From Felis catus (taxonomy: Eukaryota): DNA of 64,000 nucleotides. The notes under the pieces are model-generated. The model was not told the origin of the DNA, did no database searches, and worked only from the letters and a program-made list of their open reading frames with translations. This document shows, piece after piece, positions 38,939 through 53,278 of the stretch. Positions within the stretch are counted from its first letter, which is position 1. The number at the start of each line of letters is the position of its first letter. The stretch spans positions 182,034,001 to 182,098,000 of the forward strand of contig NC_058368.1 in assembly GCF_018350175.1 (NCBI RefSeq), written 5' to 3'. A program made the translations under genes and the position numbers.

Positions 38939-41106
38939 CAGTACAACAAAATAAACACCTTAAAGTTCACAGGCTTATTTCAGACCAGTTTATATCTGTG
39001 GTATCATCCAGTTGAACCCTGATCTCCTTCTCTCTGTCACCAAGCAAACCTCAAACTTAGCGTCCTGAAGCAGGGTCACGTTGGAAGAAGAAGGCAAATA
39101 GTGTTTGTTGTGGGTTGTGTATTTTTGCTTTTGCCCTCCTCCTATCCTCTTCTATTTCTAGCTGCACAGGGTTAAAGTTAAGAAGGGAGGAAAGAGATAT
39201 CAGGGTGGATTTTAGTGGACTAAGCCAGTTGAATCAGGTAGGGAGATGTTTCGTATCCTATTCTGGTTTGTTCTCCTATGACTGCTGTTGGTAGCCCTTA
39301 CTAGTACATGGTTTTCACACTTGGTGTGCTCTCCCAGATCTCACTCGCTCCTCTTGGCGCTGCTCCCGTTGCAGCCCTGTGGCAAGACTGCTGATTCTGT
39401 AACTCAGCAAGTATTCATGCAGGGAGCAAGATGACAATCTTTCTTTTATGTTATCTGTAATTTATTTTAAAATACTTCAGTAGAGACAGTGGGATATAAT
39501 GGCCTCTGCACTGAATTAACTCTCTTGGAAACATTAGTTTACATTTGATCTCCTCTAATCAGAAATGCATAGTCCAGTGGAGGCTAGATAGCATTTGAAA
39601 ATTTCAATGAGAGATCTACAGGTGGCTAAGACACATATTTTAAATATTCCAGTCTAAATCTTCACTAAAGGATTTGTTAACTGGAATTAACTGTATAAAA
39701 ATATATTTTTCACTAATGAAAAGAGTAAAGTTTAAAATATATGGGTGGCTAAATGTCTGCCCTTGCCTAAACAGGGTAAAAAAGAAAGAATCTGGTCAAA
39801 CTCCTAGCTAATACATTTAGAGAAATATATTTAGTCCATGACACCTTACATTCTCTCTTGCCCTTCTTTCCATTTCAAACTTACTGAAAGTTTCTGTTAC
39901 TTGATTCAATTAGAAAATAAGGCAATCCTGCCATCAGAATGTTGTTGCAAACTTTCATGCAGCCAACTTATCAAAGTACCTAATAGCCAGAGTGGGGATT
40001 CTTCCAGTTAACAGAAGAGGTGGAATCGCTGTCTTTGTATCTACTTGCTATAGAATGTCTGCATCAGTTGCTAAATTTGTTCAAGGTGCAAAGTAGGTGT
40101 TCAGTAATGTCTGTGAAATAAATAAATTGCATAAGAGCCTAAAAAACAAACAAACTATCGTTTACAAAAGACAAAATAAGGCTGGATTGGGGATTGAGCA
40201 ATCAAGAAAATTTACAAAGTGGGAATCTAATACAAAGGGGAAAAAAACGGCTATAGAAAGTTAGCTGAATAAGGAGATAGAGACATGAACAGTTCCATTG
40301 TTGCTTATGTCAGTTGTAATGGTTAAAGGGCTCATCTACTATTCTCCAGATTCTTAACCTCTTCTTGAAGTTGGGAATAAATGCACCCTCTTGTAGCACA
40401 TTCCAGGGGACACCAAGTTAAGTATCTCCCTTGAGCCCAATTACACCCTCTTCCAAATAGGAGTCCTGTTACTCTCATGAAGTCAGAGAATCTCAGAGGA
40501 GTAGCAGCTGCAGCAGCAGCTGTAATGCTGAATAGAACCTTAAGTAAATAGCCTAGAAGGCCAGTGAACAATGAATTATAATAAACCAACTATAATTAGT
40601 AATAAAAGCCTTAAAATAACTGTACTCATGAGATAGTATTGGACATATCCTTGCTGTGTTCAGGAAATAATAGAATCGTTTTTTCACCAATGTAACTACA
40701 ATGGTAATTAAAACCTGATTTAGGATCAAAGACAACCTCAAGGTTATAAATGTAAGTAGCTGGCTCTGAAAGTATAAGTATTTTCCTCATTTCACGTCTT
40801 CAGTGCTTTTTAAAAAGTAGGGAGGGGCTTTTGGAGACTTTTTTTTTTAAGTGAGTAAAATCAGCTGATAAGTGAAGCAAATCATTCCGCCAATACAAAA
40901 AGATGTTTCATGCTTACAACAGTTGGGAGAGAGAAGACGCAGGCAGCCTGAGAAAGAAAATGGCTGTTCACACTGGATTTGCTAAGTGGATAGAGAAAAT
41001 TTTAATTGCCAATCTCCATAACATAAGATGTGAAAGACATCTGGAACAGGAAGTGAATAATGCAGGCGAAAGTAGTTGGATGATGCTAAATGAAAGAGGT
41101 GATGAT

Positions 41107-41325
41107 GGGGAGCCCGGGTGGCTCAGTCGGTTGAGCTTCCGACTTTGGCTAAGGTCATGAACTCATGGCTTGTGAGTTCGAGCCCTGTGTCGGGCTCTGT
41201 GCTGACAGCTTAGAGCCTGCAGCCTGCTTTGCATTCTGTGTCTCCCTCTCTCTCTGCCCCTAACCCACTTGCATTCCGTCTCTGTCTCTCTCAAAAATAA
41301 ATAAACATTGAAAAAAAAAAAGTTT
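41107..41325 (+). mobile_element. Can-SINE (SINEC_Fc2-like)
   Basis: ggggagcccgggtggctcagtcgg...gagttcgagccc...A tail; TSD tgaaagaggtgatgat / tgaaagagatgatgtt. Confidence 0.93.
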
Positions 41326-41438
41326 TGAAAGAGATGATGTTGGTTAGGCCCAGAAAGTTTCTACTTGTTGCCATGTGATAAAATACCTATTTATTGTTGT
41401 AGTTTTCCCAGTTTCATAATTATTTACTGTTGTGCTTT

Positions 41439-41647
41439 AAAAAAAAATTTAATATCCATTGATTTTTGAGAGAGACAGAGTGTGAGCGGAGGAGGGACAG
41501 AGAGAGAGGGAGACACAGAATCCGAAGCAGTCTCCAGACTCTGAGCTGTCAGCACAGAGCTCGATGTGGGGCTCGAACCCACAAACCACAAGATCATGAC
41601 TTGTGCTGCAGTCAGACACTTAACTGACTGAGCCACCCAGTCCCCTC
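41439..41647 (-). mobile_element. Can-SINE (SINEC_Fc2-like)
   Basis: reverse-complement SINEC (gactgagccacccag, ggctcgaaccc); TSD actgttgtgc at 41426-41435 and 41649-41658. Confidence 0.93.
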
Positions 41648-42599
41648 AACTGTTGTGCATTTTAAAATTGCTTACTTGATAAAATCATCATCTTGAGAGA
41701 CAAGCACAAAGCCACAGCAGTGAGAATGTAACAAAATCATTAAAGGAAATGTTAAAAAAAATTATGTCTTATTAGATTTAGTGCTTTGGAATTAGCATCA
41801 TATTATATCAACAGGGAACTTCTAAGAAAACCACAATGTAATCCCATGTAATTGGTATTGAGAAGAGCAAGCAAAACAAAGACAGACTTGTCCTCATGGA
41901 GTTCACAGTCCAGCTGGAGAGACAGACATTAATCCACTAATGACATTAATCTATTACAATGACAATAGTGCTAAGTGCTAAAAAGTGAATTCTAGAGAGC
42001 TACCAGAAGTGCAGGGCAGAAGAATTAGCCCGGTCTGGGGAGGGTAGAGAGATAGTCAGAAGATGAAACTGTGAAGAAGAGCCAGTGGCTGCAACATGAA
42101 GGATGGACCACCAGTTAAAGGAGCCACCAGGAGAGATCAGAAGGGGAGAGGGGTGGAGGTGGGGAAGCAGAGTGATTTGTCTATGTAAAAAAGTCCTATG
42201 GCTAAAGGTGGGATAGCGCCTAAGAGAGACTTACAGAAAGCCATTTTTCCCCACAAGAACAGTATTTTGAAAATGTGCCTGTTCTGTTAGTTAAGCAAAA
42301 ATGGCAAATGTATGATATGAGTATTTCTTCTTCCTTCTTCTGTGTTGCTGTCATCCTTTCATGAGTTGAGACACAGCTTTCAAATGTGTCTACACATAGC
42401 ACTCCAGGAATTCACTAAGGCAAGGAGCAACAACATATATGTTAGCCCTATCACAGAGGGAAGGAAACACGCCTTTATTAATCTGTTTGTCCCCAAGTTT
42501 TAAGTTCCTTTAAAGTGATAAGTCCTCAATAAACACTGTATAACTCAAAGCATGAAGAAAGATTATCAACTATGGTAGTGGCAACATAATAAGTCTATA

Positions 42600-43250
42600 A
42601 TGTACTCATTTATTTCTTTAAAAAAAAATCATTGAGCCCCTACCAACTGCTAAGCATTTCTTTCTGGTTCTGAGAGACAGAGTCACAATCACAACAGAAA
42701 AAAGCCTTTAATCTTATGAAGTATACAGGCTATGGGGGTCAAAGGAAACCATAATAATTTAATTTAATCAGTAAACAAAAATAATAGATTGTGATAAACG
42801 TTGCAAAGACAACAATGGAGCAATGACAGAATAACACAAGTTGGTTAAAAAAAGCCCTCTCTAAAATTGGGCAATATCTGAGCTGAAACATGAAGAAAAG
42901 ATAAGAACAAGTACACTTTGGAAAGCATAGTTAAGAGTAGCCAGACACAGATATCTCAGGCTAAGAAGGGCTTGGATGCTCCAGGAAGAATGCGAGGCTT
43001 CTGTTGATTGGAGAGGGGTGAGCAAGCAGGAGAGAAGTACATCGTGGGGCCTGAGAGTTAAGCATGAAAAAGTATACCGGGCCGTTTAGGTCTAGATAAA
43101 GAGTTTACAACGTCTTCCAACTCCATAGGGAAGTGCATAAAGGATCTAAAGCACAGGAATAACATCTTTGGGTGTATGTTTTACAAAGACCTTTCTGAAT
43201 GTTTGGTGGAAACAGACTGCATTGCAGAGCGACAAGTATAATAGCATGAA
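42600..43250 (-). mobile_element. Degraded L2
   Basis: cattgagcccctaccaactgctaagcatt...ggttctgagagacagag is the reverse complement of the L2 3' end. Confidence 0.5.
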
Positions 43251-44169
43251 AATACACACAATACCAATGATCACATGGCTCTGTAAATAGAGAAAGTATC
43301 TCTTTGTCTTGGCTGCAAGGGGAAAATGAAATAAAGCAGAACAAACATGTCCACATACTGAGGTAAAAGAGAAATATTTGCCAGATAAAGATTATGGCAC
43401 CATCATGTTTTCTAACAAACAAACAAATGAATGAATCAAACCCAAACATGAACTGAGGCATTTGTTTGTATATGGCTTACAAGCATCATGGGTAGACCAA
43501 AGAAAACCTATTTTTAAACAGGATCCTCTGATTTGATCTATATCTTGTAACAATCCTATCCCTAATTCCCATTCCATCAGGCAAATATTTTCATTTTATA
43601 TAGGCATACTGCTTTGAAAGCAATATTCTTCTATTATCTGGTATCAAAAAAATATTATGCTTTAGATTAATTTTTTTGCCTCAACTCCAGAGGAAAATCT
43701 TCTAATGCTATTCTGATTGATGTCAAGGAATGAACTGCTCTAATTCAATCCAGATATGAAAATTTGTGCTCATTTCTCTTCTCCAAGTGAGTACATCTTC
43801 TGCTTGTGTCCACCTGATTCTCTACACTGGGTTATCCACTCTCAGGATGTAACCTGGATCCCTGATTTTTGACCTTGGCCTCTTGACCTCTCCCATTTCT
43901 CACCATGAGTGTGTACTCTCTTTGGCTTCTGACCTAAACTTCTCTCATTAGCAGGCACTAATGAGCACTTCGGTCAAAGCAGGACGAAGACCTTGTCACA
44001 CCTCTACCTCTCTTGGAAGTTATGTACTGACACGCCTGATTTCCAACCCAAAGAAAAATGGGATCAGAATATATTTACACATTTGCCATCACAAAAAAGA
44101 TTTTACTTTGGAGATATTTTACTAGCTGTGAAGGGACCACAGCATTTGAGTCAAACAAATTTCTACCTT

Positions 44170-44420
44170 TTTTCACTGTATCCATAGAGCTACTGGAATA
44201 AAATGAATATCCAGCGTACTTAGGACATTTATTATATTTCAGACACTGTTCCATGTTTTCCAATTTAATCTTGGTAACAAGCTCATAGATGGATTCTTTT
44301 ATAATTCCCATTTTACAGACTGGGAAACTGTAATTTGAAGATGTTAAAGAGGTTTCCAGGATTTTACATTTAGAGAAATTGTAAAGACAATTCATCTCAA
44401 GCCGGTATTATTCTACAACC
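44170..44420 (-). mobile_element. MIR fragment
   Basis: attcccattttacagactgggaaactg...gatgttaaagaggtttccagg. Confidence 0.6.
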
Positions 44421-46739
44421 CTCCCCCTTAGAAGAAACTAAAACATTTATTCATCTATGCTGCCTGCTGTGCTTTTATCTTATGTTTAAAAAAGATTTAA
44501 TTCATGTCATAATACAAAAAATATGATGTTTTAAGGAAAAAGCTTCATGTATGAGTTGAAAATTTAATTATTATTAGACCAGCTTATGTAGATAAAAAAG
44601 ATTTTAAAATATTAACAAAAACATTAACTTTCCCCACGGATTATTCGAGATAAACATAATAACAGCAGGCCAACTGTTCAAATTCTAAATCACCAATCCT
44701 TAAGTGTCTAAAACCCAAGTTACACCTAAATACAATCAACTGAATTTTAATGTCATGGTTAACTTTTCTCACTCCTGAGTGAATTTTCTTTCTGTCTGTC
44801 TCTAAACATGAGGGGAAATGTATATTTCCAAACAAAATGTTATAAAATTTGCAGAATATTAAAAATTCTGCTTCAAGGCTAGAAAACTCAGTTTCTTTAA
44901 TAATTCAAACCTCTGTCTTCCTAGGTGGGCTTCACAATTGCAATGAAAAGTTAGGAAGCATGAAACTGCCTGCCTTCCCTAGGAAGCAAACTCTTCTTAG
45001 CATACCGATCAGAACATTTTCCTCTTTGTCTTCAATAGATCAATAATACCCAGACGGCCGAAGTACCTAACCAACTGAAGACTCTACTTCAGAATACACC
45101 CATGAAACGTCTTAAACACAGCAGCCGATTTTGTCTGTGGGTCATCAATTTCTTAGCTCCTTTGACCATAGTTTACATGAACCTAATATTAAGAGTTCTT
45201 ATTCCGAGTCTTTTACATTATAGCAATTTTCTTTGGGATTATACCTCAGAAAGTAAAATGCTCTTTGGGAACTATTTAATTTTCCTCAGCTTGTTCTTTT
45301 TCTAACCCCCCCCCTCCTCTAAATCCCACAGACTTGTCATTTTTAGAGTTGATGTATCAGCTTTATCATAAAGTTTATTCTCTATAGGCATGAACAAGCA
45401 AAACCAAAGTGAAAGGAATAAACTGAAAAGCCAAAAAAAAAAAAACACTCAAAAAACTGCAAATCTCTAGAAAGCATACAAACATACAACCCATCTTGTA
45501 TTAAAAGAAAAAAAAAAACAACAGAAAAGCCCATCAAAACTCCACAAAAAATAGCGAAATGTCTCATGTCACAAGTTCAAAAGTCAGACATACCCATGTA
45601 TTTTTTCAAAAGTAAATGCATGATAATAAAAATGATAAATTCCATTTAGTTGTAGGAGTCTTTGTTGTTTTTAGAGCGCTGTTACATATGTTATCTCATT
45701 GCCTTTTTAAACCTTTGCATAAATTAATGCAATGTGCATTTTGCCTCAGTACTATATTGTGTTTCTATTTTTGGAAGAAAACTGTAAGTAAGATTAGATG
45801 TGCAAAAAAGCAAAACAAGCCACTTACTAAATAGAGAGAAGGCACCCACGAAGACAATAAAGTCAAGTTTTGAAAAAAGCACATAATTAACTGCAGCTTG
45901 GAACTTTTCCAAAATCTCATTCACCAACTGGCTAACACTTAGATGGAGTCACACCAGGTGACAAGAAGAGCTCTTAGGGTGAGAACCACCAGCTTGGAGA
46001 CAGTGAGCCTCATTAGAACATATCAAATCTTCCTCCAGCATGGACATTTTTTTTCTCCAGTGTGAAGGTGTAACACACCCAACCAAGGAAAATAGCACAA
46101 TTCCATGTGTTCATTTAATAGAATAGCCAAGTCAGGACAGTTACTTAGATTGAAAAGTGAGACCACACTAGTGAAAAATATGAATACACAAAACTGAAAC
46201 ATGATGGAGTTGTAGAGGATAGATTTTTTTTTTACCTACGTCTATGTATGGATATAGGTACAATTTTTTAAAAGTTTTCTGTTATCATGACCTCATTCAA
46301 TCATTTAAATAACTTTCTTGAAGCACCTACACTCCAGGTCTTGGGGTTAAAAATGGTTATCGTCTTTACCAGCAAAAAGCTTTTGTCCTAGAGATGAAAC
46401 CCACAAGTAGGGGAATTATGTTATGTGGTAAATGAGAGTGTCATGAGGGCCCTAGATAACTAACCCAGCCTCAAAGGACAGAGGAGCAGGGATTTTTGTT
46501 TTTGTTTCTGTTTTTTTCTGTTTTGTTTTGTTTTTTGATAAACGCATGCATTTTTCTTTTTCATGTACATGAACAACAGGAAAGGTTAGAATCTGACTAA
46601 GAGCAAGAAAAATATCAAATGAAGCTACTGTTGATTTGCATATTCACTAGGAACCAGAATTCACAGATGCTTTGATGGGGTGAACAGAGTAGCAACTCTT
46701 TTGGTATGTGACACATGTGTTGTCATTCCTAGGGATTAC

Positions 46740-46809
46740 CTACAGAAGAGCTTCAACAGGGGCTGCTCTCAAAACACCACACAGAGCCGTCTGGATGTCT
46801 TCGTTGAAT
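46740..46809 (-). other. Candidate 70-nt non-coding spliced exon
   Basis: minus strand: branch-like ctttaac, tract gcttttcttgtcttccag|, exon, then AG|gtaatc donor; stop codons in all three frames. Confidence 0.45.
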
Positions 46810-48767
46810 CTGGAAGACAAGAAAAGCATCGGTTAAAGCTATCAGCTTATGACACAAAGGTAGTGCTGAGAATAAGTGATAGGGAATATCCACACCAAAA
46901 AGATCTGCCCACTGAACACAGAGAATGCCAAGGACAGAGGTGGATTAGTGGGTTTATCTCACAAGTGACAGGTTTCTGCATTTCAGAAGCATCATGCTAG
47001 AGTGGGTGATGGAAGAGCTTTATGTGAATAAAACCAAGATCCCCATTCACTGGGAAATCTTGGGTTTCTTTTTTGATCTAAACTCCATTTGGAAATCCTA
47101 GATTAACCTGATAGAACCAGTTTTTCTTCAGTCTCAGTTGCTGCTTCCATGAGGATTTGAGTAGATTCTGAAATGCAATGCCTGTCACTATAACCATTAA
47201 CAAACATGATATGGAAAGTAAAAAACAAACAAACAAAATATTCAAATAAATGTTTTAAAATAAAGGCAAAACTTATAGGAAAAAAAAAGAACTCTAGCTT
47301 TTAATATTTTTGCTTTCTTCCCAAAGGTCACATGAACTATTTGTCTTTCTGTTGGGTTATTGTATATATTACATTTATTTATAGAGTTTATTAGAAGGTC
47401 ATTATTTGTCTTAGGTTTGGACTTAATTCAGCTCAGGGAAATGACATGGGAAAGCATTATGAAAGTTACAAAACAGGACATCTTATATTGTATAGCTATC
47501 CCATGAGTATGTCTTTATATTAGGTTCATTCTTCCATGAGAATCTTAGAGAATTTACAACAAACAACAATAACACACATGCAAATCTCCTTTAATGCTGG
47601 TAGCACAAGTTAAAAACAGTAACCGCAATAAAATTGCATTTGGGCCTCCTCCAAGCGTAAGCATGAGAATGAAGGTGACAAGTCAATATTTAGGAATACA
47701 TACAAGTGTAGAGAAACCTGATGATTTGATCAGCCTTTTGCATTGCTTTGGGACTTTTCTCTGAGTTCTGATAGGCAATCAGATGAAAACTGTCATTTGT
47801 GATAATTGGAAAATACTTACTTAGCAAAATCTGATATTGAAGCTCTAACCTGTTTCTCACTACATTAGAATTTCTGGAACTACAATCATAAGATAAACAC
47901 AGTGGAAATGTAGAGGCAGACATTTTAGCCTCTATTTACAAGTAACTATATTAACTGCTAACTTTTAGTACATGTTTCTTGGGCCTAGTTTTTAAGAAGG
48001 AACCTAAAACCCTCTGCATTAAACTCTGTTTTGATGGACAGGATAGTTCTCTTTGCCTTTGAAAAGAAAATACAAATAATTAAGTATTTAAATCTTCCAT
48101 AAATGGTTATTTTTTTCTTCCTATGTTAAAAAAAATCAGTCTCTTTCTAAACAGGACCTAATTGATGTTACTAGTTACATCATAACTATCAACCTCTCAG
48201 GACAAATGTTATACTCATGATGTACAATCTGCATAAAATTCCCTATGTCTTGACTATCCAGCAAATTACTGGCCACCAAAGTTTACCAGATAGTACTGTA
48301 AAGAAATATACCTATTAGAATGACAGGTCTCATTTACCAGAAGATATTAAAATCCTGTCAATGTGATTTCCATCAAGAAGGTTTTCAGTGAAATTATAAA
48401 AAATGAATGAAGGAAATCAAATGTAGTCATCTAGTTAAATATTCATTTTCTCATCTTTAGGGAGCTGTTTATTATACTTTGAACACCTGGCCTTTCGTAG
48501 AACGCTGTCTGGTTTTAAACTTGTTCTCATGCCACAGCAAATTCCAAGAGAGCTAGAAGTTAAACCCATTATTATGAAAAAGCCAAAATAACAAAGTGTC
48601 TTCTTTCTCAATGCAGGAATAGTTTAAGGAAATGGGTGATTCTAAGAATATCTAGATACTCCTAGAGCTCTGGCTTAGGTAAAGGAGGTGAAGCTCCAAT
48701 GATGCCAGTTTTAAGAAGATATCACTCAGAGGTGTTGAGTCTACATCTGTGCGAAACTAAGATAAAG

Positions 48768-48826
48768 GGCCTCCTTAAATTTTGCACCCCAGGCACCACA
48801 TTTGCTTCACCATGGTCCTGGCCCTG
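48768..48826 (+). mobile_element. MER91-like hAT fragment
   Basis: ccttaaattttgcaccccaggca...cttcaccatggtcctggccctg. Confidence 0.5.
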
Positions 48827-49614
48827 AGTCCTCTGGCACTTGTGATAATGTTATTTAATTTTAAAGTTTTATTGAGTTTTATTGATAAACATGAAGGAAA
48901 CAATAATAAAATATTTTTTGCATGTTTAACAGAACTGTAAGAGAATATTCTCCACAGTTGCAATGTAACAAAACATGCATTTTGACATATATAATAGGGA
49001 AAATCAATGCAAAGATCTAAAGCAAGCAGAAGAGGTAAGACATGAGGCAAGTGTGAAAAGGGAATGCTTTACAGCTTATTTCCTAACTTCATCTGTCCCC
49101 CAGGAGGGACACTGCACAGAAACAAAGTCACTGGTGCTAAGAAAACAAACAAAACAAAACAAAACAAAAACACAACAGTGGAATGGAGGAATAAAAAACA
49201 GAAAGAAACAAAGCATGTGTAAAGCAAAGACTTTAATCAAGTAGGCTCAGGATTCAGTAAAACAAAATAAAACAACACAACACAAAACAAAACAATCAAA
49301 ATGCCTTGGTGGAAGGTGGAGAGAAAATGGTTAAAGTAGGCTTTCAGTCCTTGATTCAAATCTGAGCCTTGTCATATTAGGTGAACTCTGAAGCAAGTTA
49401 ATTCCTGTGAAATAGGTCCCTTATCTATCAACTAAGAATGACAGAAATAGCAATACATCAAAATCACAGCGATAGTGGCCCTATTGAAGGACTACCCGTG
49501 TGCCAAGCACTTTGAACAAATGTTACCTAGGTGTTATGACAACAGTCCTGGGAGATTGGTATTGTTTCTATTTTACCAAAAAGATATTCGGATGATAACA
49601 TAAGGCATTAAATT

Positions 49615-49623
49615 ACACACACA

Positions 49624-49670
<47 letters not shown>
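49615..49670. repeat. (CA)n microsatellite
   Basis: about 27 units with one interruption. Confidence 0.95.
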
Positions 49671-49675
<5 letters not shown>

Positions 49676-50534
49676 GCATAATAATAACATCATACATTGT
49701 TATATATAAAGCTCTTAGTAGGGCATGGAGTTATGGAAGCTTAAGCAAGGTAGATATTATGGTATATTAAAAAGCTGGTAACTAAATGCCGTTTTAATGT
49801 AAATAGAAGTTTTTTTAATTTTTTAAATTTGCATCATCTTAACCTAATTAGTTTATCTTTTACAAGATACCTTTCCGTTAATGTTTTTAAGAAGAAGCAA
49901 AAGAGGAGTCAACCAGCATTATCACAAATCTCATCCAAAAAGCAAGGACCAGATTCAGAGCTTTGGAAGTCCCAGCCAACTTATTAATACTTATAAAAGT
50001 GGAACATCACTGGAGTGTTAGATACAAAGGGTGAGGAGGGGCAACATTAGAGACCATGGATTTTCCTAACAATACAAATGAAATGCTAAGAAGCTTAGCA
50101 TGGATAGGAGTTGTCATATTGATAGAACCAGGGCACTAACTTCTGCTGGTGGCAAAATCCAGATTCCAGGGACAGAGTTAGAAAACAGACTGAAGAGTTA
50201 GGATGTACACCAGGATGCACCTGGGCTAGATAACCGTCTTGTCAGAACCAACAAATTTCTTAGGAGTTTGTGAACTGACAAATAGAAACAAAGTCCCTTA
50301 AATTGTGTTAGTGGTTATACAACATAGATATTTCAGCTTATAGTTAATACTTTTGAATTATAGAAGTTTCAGGTTTTAGCTTTAAGTGTACAGCTAGATA
50401 TTGCTTAGAAATATTTTCATTTTTTGTTCACTCTTTAGCTTTGCTAAATAACACAGGATGATTTGTCTGCTCAAAACAAAAGTTTATAGCCACAGATCTG
50501 TTATCTATACATAGAGGCCAGGAACACCAAGAAA

Positions 50535-50660
50535 TGGAAGGGAAGGGAAGGGAAAGAAAGGGGAAGGAAGGGAAAAGAGGAGAAAGGAGGAGAAGAGAGG
50601 GAAAGGGTGGGAGGGGAGGTGAGGGGAAGGGAAAGGAAAAGAAGAAAATAAAGAAAGATA
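50535..50660. repeat. polypurine (GGAA/GGAG) low-complexity tract
   Basis: about 120 nt almost entirely G/A. Confidence 0.9.
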
Positions 50661-51294
50661 AGCAAACAAACAAAAAAGACATAGTTTGAAACAGAAAACA
50701 TTATGGCTGAAAAATTTTAACTTGCCCTCTCCTTCCAGGAATATGCTACAGAAAACTCATCACCATTCAGGGTGCTGACTCACAACAGTAAACAGGATGT
50801 CAAGGGAAATTAGTTGATTGAAAGTTATATATCTTTATTTTGTATTAGCAATCATTTCAAAAAAATAACATCAGTGCCAAAATGTCTGAGCAAATGCTGG
50901 TTTCTCCCAGTCTCATTCCCAGTATGTCGAAGTTACTGTATTAGAAAATCCAAAAGGTAGAGTCTAAAGAACCCAGCAAATTCTTAATGGCTCAAAGATG
51001 TGTCTTTAAAGGGAACTCCTGGCTCTTTGAGGAAATTTATTCTTCTTCTCTGTTTTATGCAGTGAGAATATGTATTTGTTTTGATAGAACATGTTACATC
51101 TGAACCTTACCAATCACAGCTAAGAAGCCAGATGGTTGTGAGTCTGAAGACAATTAGGGAACAAAGTTCCTGAAACCCTAAGTCTCCTGACTCAAAGGCT
51201 CTGGGTGAAGAAGGACCAATGGTAGGTGCAGACGTACTGGTAGCAGGGATATTAGGGAAAAGGCTGATTTTGACTTTAAAGACACAGATTATCA

Positions 51295-51494
51295 GGGGTC
51301 CTGGGTGGCTCAGTCGGTTGAGCATCCGGCTGTTAGTTTTGGCTCACACCAGGCTCTCATGGTTTGGCTTGTGATTTTAAGCCCCACATCAGTGTCCCCA
51401 ATGACAGTGCAGAGCCTGCTTGGGATTCTCTCTCTCTGCCCCTCCCCCACTCACACTCTCTCTCCAAATAAATAAACAAACTTAAAAAAAAAAC
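51295..51494 (+). mobile_element. Can-SINE
   Basis: ggggtcctgggtggctcagtcggttgagcatcc...; perfect TSD aaagacacagattatc at 51278-51293 and 51495-51510. Confidence 0.95.
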
Positions 51495-52040
51495 AAAGAC
51501 ACAGATTATCTGGCTTGGGAGAAGAATAGGAGTGGACAAATAGGGGAAATATTTTGGAGAACCAATCAATCTCATTTTGGAAATCCCTGTAACATTTGGT
51601 TTTCTACCATCACCCTAACTAGTATCGAAGCCTAAAGCCAATATATTCTAACACATTACCCTGATTCTATCTTCTTAGCCTTTATCGATTATGAAAAGAC
51701 CTTGTTGGCATCCTCATTGTTTTTGTCTCACACTAGAATGTAACTTCTTAGAGAAGAGAATTCTGGATTTTCCACCCCTATGACGCTAGTACAAAGAACA
51801 GTGCTCAGTACTATTAAGCAATTAGCAAACCATGGAAAAACGATATGGCAACAACTATATCTTAAAGGGTATACCATATTTGAGTTGAAAGCTTACTACA
51901 ATATCTGTTAAATAATATTGTATTAATAAATTAATTTTAATTAATATATTATACATTAAAGTATGTATAATATATACATAACTGAACAATAATAAAATGA
52001 AAATCCATACGACTACAGCTGTTTTAAGAAATAAAACACT

Positions 52041-52238
52041 GGGGCGCCTGGGTGACTCTGTTGAGCCTCTGACTTGATTTCAGCTTGGATAATGATCCTG
52101 AGATCCCGGAATTAAGCCCCACTGTGGGGCTCCAAGCTGAGCATGGAGGCTGCTTAAGATTGTCTCTCTTTTTCTCTTTCCCTCTGCCCCTCCCTGTCCC
52201 ATTCACACTTGCTGTCTCTAAAATAATAATAATAAAAT
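52041..52238 (+). mobile_element. Can-SINE (older)
   Basis: ggggcgcctgggtgactc...; imperfect TSD aaataaaacact / aaataaagcatt. Confidence 0.9.
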
Positions 52239-52684
52239 AAATAAAGCATTGGTGTTATCTGTGAATTTGTCTTCCACAAAGGCAAACTCAACCCATAAAA
52301 GCAACATAGGTCCCTCCCTTTCTCTGACTATAGTTTTTTTTTTCCTTTTTTTTTTGTTTTTTCTTCTCACTTGGCCAGATTTCCAAAAGATAAAAAGTAT
52401 TAAATAATGTGGTACACTGGTTGGAGTTGTAGATCTTAACTTTTCTGATTATATTTCCCATCAATAGCTATTTTTATATGATTCTGTAAATATCTTTGAA
52501 TTATATATTTACTATGCAATATATTTTTATATTATAAAACCTATAAAATGAAATAAAGTGTATTTTTAGGAAAAGATGAAATCAAAGTATTTCATAAATT
52601 ATATTTATATATTCATTATACACAGTTTATTCCCCCCATAATTTATTTTTCCCTATTAAATACAATACAATTGCATAATTATTA

Positions 52685-52850
52685 GCATTATATTCCATTA
52701 AATGTAAGATGTTCTATAATTTCAGGTATCACTAAAATGGGAAAATACTGACAATTTAACTATCATAGGCCCATCAAATCTAAGGTACACCTCTAACTTC
52801 AGAGATGTTAAAATGGACACTTTATAACCAATATAATAAAGCAATACATT
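52685..52850. mobile_element. MER104-like Tc2 DNA transposon relic
   Basis: tatcactaaaatgggaaaatactgacaatttaactat...cttcagagatgttaaaatg resembles MER104 (from memory). Confidence 0.45.
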
Positions 52851-52999
52851 TTTTAAGGGAGAATCCAATTGAATATTTTTGTTAGCTTTGAAGATTATGT
52901 TTTGAAAGTATAATACACCACTTTAACTATCTGGTTATATTTTTTAATTCTAATTTTAGGTTTCATAACTGTCATAGCTAGGAGAAAGATAACTTAAAA

Positions 53000-53160
53000 A
53001 ATATGTATATATATACAGACATACGTGTGTGTATATATATTAGTACATATACTACACAGTTATATACTTTTATTTTTTATATCACATGTTTGTATTTATA
53101 TCTATATATATATAGATAGATAGATATAGATATATATAGATATATATAGATAGATATAGA
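53000..53160. repeat. (TA)n/(GATA)n compound microsatellite
   Basis: read directly from the sequence. Confidence 0.85.
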
Positions 53161-53278
53161 TCCAAATATCAGAAATAAAACTATGGATCATTTTTTCAAT
53201 AACAAAATCTTTTTAATCCAATCTTCCATTTAAAGAAAGGTTTTGCTATTACATTACAAATTCTCAGGAAGGAATGCA

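Noticed and set aside
46680..47000. 106-aa plus-strand ORF
   Set aside because: GTG start and no recognisable domain; the signals here fit a minus-strand exon better.
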